Positions 1-5,698 of a stretch of 11,042 nt of DNA are shown in pieces. Position 1 is the stretch's first letter. Every line of letters begins with the position of its first letter. The position numbers and the translations under genes are program-made. Source of the DNA: Candidatus Methylomirabilales bacterium (lineage in GTDB: Bacteria > Methylomirabilota > Methylomirabilia > Methylomirabilales > CSP1-5); NCBI GenBank assembly GCA_046758505.1, contig JBHIAH010000084.1, positions 1 to 11,042 on the forward strand, read 5' to 3'. The notes beneath the pieces are model-generated. The model saw only the letters and a program-made list of their open reading frames with translations, was not told the origin of the DNA and searched no databases.

Positions 1-97
1 GATAACACCTGATGTCCTCGTCACCCCGCAAAGCCATATCCCAATAGACGCAATAAGTTCCCCCCTCACATTGATCCAGGTATCTGCACGGCTTCAT
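1..97 (-). CDS. Cys-rich hypothetical protein, N-terminal part only (truncated by window edge); not in the ORF track
   Basis: ATG at 97-95, preceded by SD-like GAGGGG (109-104) 6 nt upstream. Open to the window edge: MKPCRYLDQCEGGTYCVYWDMALRGDEDIRCY, with 4 Cys in 32 aa. Lies downstream of the predicted sigma54 promoter. Confidence 0.6.
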   Translation of the reverse strand, partial: MKPCRYLDQCEGGTYCVYWDMALRGDEDIRCY

Positions 98-102
98 TCC
101 TT

Positions 103-222
103 TCCCCTCGTCCGATATCCTACGCCTCGCGGACGGGGAGAGCCCCTGGCCTGCCAGTTCTTCCCGGCAGGAAGGGAGGTCAGCATGGCGGCTTAACACC
201 CTTCTAACGGGGCTCCCCCCGC
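103..222 (-). ncRNA. candidate structured cis-regulatory leader RNA (three-way junction plus alternative SD-sequestering hairpin), family not recognised
   Basis: Paired by eye. P1 GCGGGGGGAGCCCC (222-209) pairs with GGGGCUCUCCCCGU (146-133). P2 is GAAGGG/CCCUUC with inner GUUAAGC/GCUGAC (204-171). P3 is CUGCCGG-GAAGAA-CUGGCAG (170-151). The alternative helix is UCCCCGUCCG (139-130) with CGGACGAGGGGA (114-103). Non-Watson-Crick pairs in P1, P2 and P3 are G-U on the minus strand but A-C mismatches on the plus strand. Confidence 0.5.
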
Positions 223-297
223 TACTTTCGACTCAATAAATTCGGTTTCCCCCAGGTCCTTGATCTCAGACATCAGGGCCCGCGGACCTGACACCAC
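193..297 (-). CDS. putative 34-aa leader peptide / small ORF
   Basis: SD AGGAG (307-303), tandem GTG GTG at 297/294, in-frame ATG at 273, TAA at 195-193. Translation MVSGPRALMSEIKDLGETEFIESKVAGGAPLEGC. Begins about 15 nt after the predicted sigma54 start site. Confidence 0.4.
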   Translation of the reverse strand: MVSGPRALMSEIKDLGETEFIESKVAGGAPLEGC

Positions 298-323
298 GGA
301 TACTCCTGCTGAGAATACCAAAC

Positions 324-338
324 GCAATTTCCGGGCCA
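324..338 (-). promoter_or_regulatory. sigma54 (-24/-12) promoter
   Basis: Minus strand TGGCCCGGAAATTGC versus consensus TGGCAC-N5-TTGC, with exact GG-N10-GC spacing. Intergenic, next to a sigma54 activator gene, with enhancer-like palindromes upstream. Predicted start near 312. Confidence 0.8.
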
Positions 339-466
339 TCGGTTGGCTAAAACAAACAACACCTGCCCGCCTGGGCGCCCGGCGCGGTCATGAGAAGCAA
401 AACACCGTTTCCACAAGGAGTTGCGAGGCAGGGACGCAGAGTGATTCAGCCTCGGATAGGGGGTGG

Positions 467-496
467 GGTTGTTCGGAGGGAAAAACTAGAACAACC
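467..496. repeat. inverted repeat GGTTGTTC-N14-GAACAACC
   Basis: Perfect 8-bp arms at 467-474 and 489-496. They share the TGTT/AACA half-site core of the neighbouring enhancer-like sites but with longer spacing. Confidence 0.45.
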
Positions 497-508
497 AGAG
501 GTGCACTT

Positions 509-526
509 TGTTTATCGATTGAAACA
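509..526. promoter_or_regulatory. putative upstream activator sequence 1 for a sigma54 enhancer-binding protein
   Basis: TGTTTATCGATTGAAACA (TGT-N12-ACA, extended arms TTTGTTT/AAACAAA), about 170-190 bp upstream of the -24 box. Confidence 0.6.
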
Positions 527-541
527 AAAGGTCTGTCCGTC

Positions 542-559
542 TGTTCCGATTGGGGAACA
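542..559. promoter_or_regulatory. putative upstream activator sequence 2
   Basis: TGTTCCGATTGGGGAACA (TGTTCC-N6-GGAACA). Same 18-bp geometry as site 1 and offset by 33 bp, about 3 helical turns. Confidence 0.6.
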
Positions 560-572
560 TCTACCCCGATTA

Positions 573-2018
573 TCACGCTTTGGCGATATGGTACCGCTTC
601 ATCTTCCGCCAAAGGGTGGTTCTCCCGACCCCTAACGCCTTGGCGGCGTTCGCCACGTTGCCTTGGCACAACACGAGCTTCCTGATGATCTCCTCCCTCT
701 CCTTCTCCTCCATGATTTTTTCCAGCGGCTTCCGAAGCCACTCCTCGCCCCTTTTCCCAATCCAAGGAGGGAGGGACTCGGGCGAGACCGTATCGCCGGC
801 TGTCCGTGTGAGGGCGAACTCGAGGGCATTTTCCAGCTCCCGGACGTTGCCTGGCCAGTCGTAGTCTAGCAGGAGCTCCACGGCTTCTGGCAAGACCTTT
901 AATGCCTTCCGTTCGAGCTTGGCGGCCAACTTTTCCAGGATATGGTTGACGAGCAGGGGGATATCTTCTCTCCGCTCCCTCAGAGGCGAGGCGACGATGG
1001 GAACCACATTCAGGCGGTAGAAGAGGTCCTCCCTGAACTTCCCCTCCTGTACGGCTGCTTGGAGGTTCCGGTTGCTGGCGGCAATGACCCGGACGTCAAC
1101 CTTGACCGTCCGCGTCCCCCCTACCCTTTCGAATTCCCGGTCCTGAAGCACCCGCAGCAGCTTTACCTGGGTAGAGGGGCTCATCTCTCCGACCTCATCC
1201 AGGAAGATCGTCCCCCTGTCGGCCAACTCGAATCTTCCCGGTTTATCTCTAATGGCCCCGGTAAAGGCCCCCCTGACGTGTCCGAACAGCTCGCTTTCCA
1301 AGAGATTCTCAGAGAGCGTCGCGCAGCTCACATTCATAAAACGGCCGCCAGCCCGGCGACTCAACGCATGAATGGTAGAGGCGATGAGCGCCTTACCGGT
1401 CCCGCTCTCCCCCTGTATCAAGACGGTTACGTCACTTTTGGCCACCGCCTGGACGAGGTCGAAAATCTCTCGCATCCTTGGGCTTCTGCCGATGATGTCC
1501 CCAAGCCTTCCTGGTCTCTTGTGCAGGAGAGTTCGTAAGCTGTGCTCCTTCCTCGCGATCTCCTCTTCGCTCCGCTGGAGCGCATGGAAAAGACGAAGGA
1601 CAGGGCGGATATCCCGGATGGAATGTATGACCCCAATCTTCTCCCCCGCCTCGTTCTTGAGAAGGGAGGTACACATGGAGACCGGCAGTCGCCCACCCAC
1701 CCGGCTCTCCAGGGCGACGTTGAAGTGGACAGCAGTCTCCCCCCGGTCCCAGACCGCTCTGAAGGGACACCGGGTGGAACAGATCTCGCCCCCGATCACC
1801 TCCTCACATCGCTTCCCGATGGCCTCTGCCTCCAGGATCCCGGTCATGGCCTCGGCGGCGACGTTCATGCTCATGATCCTCTTATCGGCATCGACCGTGA
1901 TGATCGCGTCGGACATGCTCCTGAGGACGTCGGCCACGTTGAACGGCCACCTCTTGGGCCGGCACACGGATCCTTCTCCCCCTCGGCCCCGCTCGGATTG
2001 CCAGCCCAAATTCTTCAT
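573..2018 (-). CDS. sigma54-dependent transcriptional activator (PAS + AAA+ + Fis-type HTH)
   Basis: PAS start [12 protein letters not shown]...[10 protein letters not shown]; Walker [23 protein letters not shown]; Walker [57 protein letters not shown] downstream GTG at 1967 is an alternative start. Confidence 0.97.
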   Translation of the reverse strand: MKNLGWQSERGRGGEGSVCRPKRWPFNVADVLRSMSDAIITVDADKRIMSMNVAAEAMTGILEAEAIGKRCEEVIGGEICSTRCPFRAVWDRGETAVHFNVALESRVGGRLPVSMCTSLLKNEAGEKIGVIHSIRDIRPVLRLFHALQRSEEEIARKEHSLRTLLHKRPGRLGDIIGRSPRMREIFDLVQAVAKSDVTVLIQGESGTGKALIASTIHALSRRAGGRFMNVSCATLSENLLESELFGHVRGAFTGAIRDKPGRFELADRGTIFLDEVGEMSPSTQVKLLRVLQDREFERVGGTRTVKVDVRVIAASNRNLQAAVQEGKFREDLFYRLNVVPIVASPLRERREDIPLLVNHILEKLAAKLERKALKVLPEAVELLLDYDWPGNVRELENALEFALTRTAGDTVSPESLPPWIGKRGEEWLRKPLEKIMEEKEREEIIRKLVLCQGNVANAAKALGVGRTTLWRKMKRYHIAKA

Positions 2019-2159
2019 TCTGTGCCTTTCTTCTCCGTACCGTGGCAGACGAGGGAAGCAAGAGACAACGCGAGCTTACGTCAAGAATTGCAATATGAAC
2101 TGAAAATGCGTATCCTTCCTGGTGATTCCAAGAACATAAACGTAGCGTTGGAAATTGAA

Positions 2160-2351
2160 ACGCCCTCTTGGGCTATGGTTCACCCCGGAGGGCGTCTGAG
2201 TGCTTGGTGCGCCGTCGATTGTGCCAGAGGTGGGCCCGGGGCAATCTTCACCCCGGTTTCATGATTCCACCGGCTCGCCAGGGGCAACCCCTGGCCGCTC
2301 GTTGACGACCCGCATGGTAACGCGGGGCGTCTCACAGTGAAACACATCACT
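2160..2351 (-). ncRNA. candidate structured sRNA or long 5' leader of the activator gene
   Basis: Five consecutive hairpins just downstream of a sigma70-like promoter: 2351-2336, 2331-2304, 2295-2277, 2256-2236 and 2195-2160. G-U pairs favour the minus strand. Confidence 0.35.
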
Positions 2352-2370
2352 TCCCGAAGCTTCCTTTTAG

Positions 2371-2399
2371 AAGATATTGTAGAAGCACGGTCCTGTCAA
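2371..2399 (-). promoter_or_regulatory. sigma70-type promoter
   Basis: TTGACA (2399-2394), 17-nt spacer, TATCTT (2376-2371). The -35 is perfect, the spacing is optimal and the -10 keeps TA---T. Confidence 0.6.
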
Positions 2400-2535
2400 G
2401 AGGAACCTTCGATCTACCGCTCGCCGCCGCCCAGTCCGGGTCGTCCACACCGACACCGATGCCGTCTTCGCTCCATGGAGCACCACCGCCCCCACACGCT
2501 CCTGAATCGACACTTGCTGATAGGTTGCCACAGAC

Positions 2536-2895
2536 CTACGAATGTTCCTCCACCAGTTCCTTCAAGGCTACGGCGTTGTTATGGTCCTCGTCCCGGGCGG
2601 CGTAGAGGAGTGTAACCGTTCCGTGCCGAGCGTGCCCGGCCAGTTCTTTCAACTCCTCCGTCTTTCGCCCGAGCTCCTGGCGATACCGCCGTTTGAACTC
2701 CTCCCATTTCCGCGGGTCGTGGCCGAACCACCGTCGGAGGGCATCGCTCGGGGCGAGGTCCTTTTGCCACTTGTCGATCCGGGCTTTTTCCTTCGCTAGG
2801 CCGCGAGGCCACAGCCGATCCACCAGCACCCGGAAACCATCCGAGGGATCGGGCGGCTCATACACCCTCTTGATCCGGATGATGTCTTCTCCCAC
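2536..2895 (-). CDS. yeaO: DUF488 family protein (YeaO-like)
   Basis: Family signature IKRVYE...DGFRVLVDRLWPRG...W.KDLAPS..LRRWFGHDP..WEEF..RY..EL...VTLLYAARD...NNAVAL. GTG start. Confidence 0.92.
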   Translation of the reverse strand: MGEDIIRIKRVYEPPDPSDGFRVLVDRLWPRGLAKEKARIDKWQKDLAPSDALRRWFGHDPRKWEEFKRRYRQELGRKTEELKELAGHARHGTVTLLYAARDEDHNNAVALKELVEEHS

Positions 2896-2973
2896 TCTTC
2901 AAGCCTCTAGACCCTCTGAGGTGCCCCTCCTGTTGCCGCGGGCACGAAATTGATACCCAGAGGAGCCCCCTCC

Positions 2974-3786
2974 TCAGCAGGCCTCGCGGAAGGGAACCTC
3001 GGCTACGTCGTAAAAGCTTCCAAAGGCTGCGGAATCGTGGATCGGCATCCGGTATTGCCGCAGAAGGGCGTTTAAGGCGTGATGCGCGTAAGAGAGCGCG
3101 TTGTCCAGACCGCGGATCGCGGTGGCCTCGCCCATGTCCGGATCGGCCCGAGCGAGAGCATCCTCGGCTTTTTTCAGATGTTCCCGCCCCTCCGCCGAGC
3201 GCGAGCGCTCGATCTCGTGTGCGAGGGCGGCGAGGTATCGATCGACCTGCCTGTAGGCTCGCTGAAAATCCCGCACAGTGGCCGACGGACCCCGCCACGC
3301 CCCGTAGTACAGGCGATCGTGGGCTTCCATAAGATGGGCAAAGGGCAGGCCACGGTAGGGCGGACCTGGCGGCGCCTCCAGCTCCTCAGCCCGCCGGTGA
3401 CACGCCTCAATGTTCTCCAAATGCTGCTCACGCATCTCGATGAGAAAGGCCCGCGTCTCGGGGTCCAGGTCCTTCGCCAGCAGGGCGTCGATCCGCCTGG
3501 CAACCCATGCCTGCCCCCGAGCCAACAGACTCACCCGCTCCCCTTCGGTTGCCACGACCATCACCTTCTCGGCAAAACCCCCGGTGCGTTCCGATGGCCT
3601 CCCGCCGTATCGCAGAATCGCCTTTCTGAGGCCGCCGCACGCCCACCCTTCGTCCTCGGCAAACTTCTTGAGTTCCCCTTCCGTGAATCCCCGCGCCTCC
3701 GACGTAGCCAGCCGCATCGCCACCTCGACCCCGGCGCGCTCGCACTCCAAAAGCTCGTTCAGCCCATCGATGATCTCCCGCACCAT
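2974..3786 (-). CDS. ferritin-like DUF6306-type domain fused to an unrecognised ~130-aa helical C-terminal domain (270 aa)
   Basis: Pattern LNELLECERAG...DEGWAC..L...I...GG.PS..TG.F..K......ER..LL.RGQAWV.RRI..LL...L.EM...H..NI, recalled as DUF6306. Start moved to ATG 3786, which has a GGAGG SD upstream, rather than the track's GTG 3804. Confidence 0.75.
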   Translation of the reverse strand: MVREIIDGLNELLECERAGVEVAMRLATSEARGFTEGELKKFAEDEGWACGGLRKAILRYGGRPSERTGGFAEKVMVVATEGERVSLLARGQAWVARRIDALLAKDLDPETRAFLIEMREQHLENIEACHRRAEELEAPPGPPYRGLPFAHLMEAHDRLYYGAWRGPSATVRDFQRAYRQVDRYLAALAHEIERSRSAEGREHLKKAEDALARADPDMGEATAIRGLDNALSYAHHALNALLRQYRMPIHDSAAFGSFYDVAEVPFREAC

Positions 3787-4040
3787 CGCCAACCTCCCGG
3801 GCACCGGCCAATGCCCCCACCGCTTGCTACTTCGCGTACCCCACCTCGGTTTCCTTTCGTCATCCAGGCTCCTCCTCTCCTTGCTTATTCCTCAACTCGG
3901 ATCTCGTTTACGTCCTTGATCTTCTCTGACCTTCAGGGACCACGATACGCCGCCTGCGTCCCATCTGCGGATTTCTATCCTCGGGGATTACATAGATGTC
4001 AAAGTTTAGGGTCGCAATGCCCGAACCGGCCCGCGACCGG

Positions 4041-4952
4041 CTACCAGCATCCGCCCGTGCAGTGCCCGATGTGCCAAACGGGGCAGGTGACCCCGCATCG
4101 GAGCTGCCCCCTCGACATCAGTTCCCGATACCGCTGCCAGGCCCGGTCCACCTTGGGATCTTCCCCTGAACCCGTTTGGTTGCCTTGTCGCAGCCAATCC
4201 GTCGTGGGTGATCCTCGCCTCGAAGCGCGGAGGCAGATAAGGCAACGGAAGTTATTGAACACCTGCCGGGACAGGGGACGGAGCTTTTCACACTGGGCTG
4301 GGGTCTCCCCCAGCATCTGCGCTGGGTTCACCAGATCGCGTACCGCGGCCAGCTCGGCCCCGTATTCGCCAGACCACTCCCCAATCATGAGTGGCGTCAC
4401 CTCCAGATGGAACTGAAACGCATAGGCGATTCCCCCAAAGCGAAACGCCTGGTTCCGACATGCTTGAGAACTTGCTAGCTGGACCGCTCCAATGGGAGGA
4501 TGAAACGAATCCCCATGCCATTGGAAGACCGTAAATCTCTCCGGCAGGCCGGCGAGGAGGGGGTCGCGCTGCGCCATCTGGTCGAGGGTGATAGGATGCC
4601 AGCCGATCTCCTTTCCATCGTTCCGCATGACGAGGCCGCCCACCGCCTTCGCCAAAAGCTGCCCACCCAAACAAATCCCGAGAAAGGGAACGTCCTCGCA
4701 AAGTGCCTGACGGATGAACCGGTCCTCCATCTTCAAGAAGGGATAAGCCCCCTCTTCATACACGTTCATCGGCCCACCCAGGCTGATCACCCCTTGGTAT
4801 TGGTGAGGCGGAGGAAGCGGATCCCCCCGGTGGAGTGCCACGACCTCGATGGCAATGCCCTCGTCCCGACAGAACTCCTTCCAGACCCCTAAGCCCTCAC
4901 AATCCACATGCTTAATCACCAGGATCGTCATCCGTTTGTTCTTTGAGTTCAT
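4041..4952 (-). CDS. class I glutamine amidotransferase-like protein (stand-alone GMP-synthase/gamma-glutamyl hydrolase type), copy B, with Cys-rich C-terminal extension
   Basis: GGPMNVYEE, nucleophile motif GICLGGQL, WHGD and QFHLE, so the Cys-His-Glu triad is intact. ATG 4952 overlaps the upstream stop as ATGA. Alternative starts are 4961 and 4931. Confidence 0.92.
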   Translation of the reverse strand: MNSKNKRMTILVIKHVDCEGLGVWKEFCRDEGIAIEVVALHRGDPLPPPHQYQGVISLGGPMNVYEEGAYPFLKMEDRFIRQALCEDVPFLGICLGGQLLAKAVGGLVMRNDGKEIGWHPITLDQMAQRDPLLAGLPERFTVFQWHGDSFHPPIGAVQLASSQACRNQAFRFGGIAYAFQFHLEVTPLMIGEWSGEYGAELAAVRDLVNPAQMLGETPAQCEKLRPLSRQVFNNFRCLICLRASRRGSPTTDWLRQGNQTGSGEDPKVDRAWQRYRELMSRGQLRCGVTCPVWHIGHCTGGCW

Positions 4953-5698
4953 GCGGTCCATGAAGCTTTCTCTTTCCCCCGCCGCTGGCGTGCGGCCGCG
5001 CACCGGCGGACAAGACTGAGAAAATTCCACAACAGCTGCCGAGATTCGGGACGAAGCCTTTCACACAGAGCCGGGACCTCCGCCAGTATACGAGCGGGTT
5101 TCATAGGATCGTCCGGCTCGACCAGCTCGTATTCGCGCACCCACTGTCCGATCATATTCGGGGTCACCTCGAGATGGAACTGAAGGGCGTACGCGATCCC
5201 CCGCAGACGAAATGCCTGGTCTTCACAAAGCGTAGAACTGGCCAGAGGGACCGCCTGGATAGGGGGACGAAAGGTATCCGTGTGCCATTGAAAAACGGTG
5301 AAGCTCTCCGGCAGGCCAGCCAGGAGATGGTCGCGCTCTCCCATCTCGTTGAGCGTGACTCGATGCCAGCCGATCTCCTGCGCGGCATTGAGGATCACGA
5401 GGCCCCCCGCGGCCTTTGCCAGTAACTGTCCCCCCAGACAGATGCCAAGGAAGGGAACGCCCTCAGCGAGGACCTGACGGATGAACTGATCTTCCGTCTT
5501 TAAGAAGGGATACGCGTCCTCCTCATACACGTTCATCGGCCCACCCAGGCTAATCACCCCCTGGAACTCGAGAGGCGAGGGGAGTGGATCCCCCCGGTGA
5601 AGCGACACGACCTCGACGCCCACACCCTTCTGCCGGCAGAAGTCCTCCCAGATCCCCAACCCTTCGCAATCAACATGTTTGATGACGACGATCGTCAT
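4949..5698 (-). CDS. class I glutamine amidotransferase-like protein, copy A (249 aa)
   Basis: GGPMNVYEE, GICLGGQL, WHTD, QFHLE. The start is placed at ATG 5698 (MTIVVIKH), which makes an ATGA overlap with the upstream gene and aligns with the paralog. Confidence 0.93.
   Translation of the reverse strand: MTIVVIKHVDCEGLGIWEDFCRQKGVGVEVVSLHRGDPLPSPLEFQGVISLGGPMNVYEEDAYPFLKTEDQFIRQVLAEGVPFLGICLGGQLLAKAAGGLVILNAAQEIGWHRVTLNEMGERDHLLAGLPESFTVFQWHTDTFRPPIQAVPLASSTLCEDQAFRLRGIAYALQFHLEVTPNMIGQWVREYELVEPDDPMKPARILAEVPALCERLRPESRQLLWNFLSLVRRCAAARQRRGKEKASWTA

Noticed and set aside
94..186. 30-aa minus-strand ORF (MLTSLPAGKNW...GKE) ending in an ATGA overlap with the Cys-rich ORF
   Set aside because: Its SD is weak and distant and the ORF lies wholly inside the predicted RNA stems. 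It is kept only as an alternative (translational coupling) explanation.
255..290. CUGAGA and CUGAUG motifs suggesting a TPP riboswitch or hammerhead ribozyme
   Set aside because: The remaining conserved cores (TPP CUGAUC...GCGNAGGGA; hammerhead CUGAUGA...GAAA with proper stems) are absent.
260..864. ORF-track calls 260..685 (+), 388..765 (-), 390..635 (+) and 550..864 (+)
   Set aside because: No recognisable motifs. They overlap the activator 3' end and the promoter/enhancer region.
1380..1412. Walker A context [11 protein letters not shown] instead of the usual GKELIA
   Set aside because: GxxGxGK, GAFTGA, Walker B and the R-finger region are intact. This position varies among enhancer-binding proteins.
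2211..2226. TGGCACAATCGACGGC (minus strand) as a second sigma54 promoter
   Set aside because: The -24 box is good but the GC is displaced by one base (GG-N11-GC) and there is no TTGC.
2368..2532. 54-codon minus-strand GTG ORF after the DUF488 gene (MATYQQVSIQ...)
   Set aside because: No clear SD or motif, and it runs through the predicted sigma70 promoter.
256..3922. 11-mer GTCCTTGATCT at 256-266 and 3912-3922, both in upstream regions
   Set aside because: Several 11-mer repeats are expected by chance in 11 kb, and the flanks are not similar.
3930..3975. GGGACGCA resembling part of a c-di-GMP-I riboswitch
   Set aside because: Lacks GGCAAACC, the GNRA-capped stem and the tetraloop receptor.
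4000..4043. TAG read-through (pyrrolysine) after the Cys-rich GATase tail
   Set aside because: An in-frame TGA follows after 13 codons and there are no pyl genes in the window.
3079..4416. 445-aa plus-strand ORF and other long plus-strand ORFs (942..1538, 1372..2103, 1542..2264, 5728..6390, 7069..7737, 9761..10360)
   Set aside because: Antisense shadows of well-supported GC-rich minus-strand genes, with low-complexity Arg/Pro/Gly composition and no motifs.
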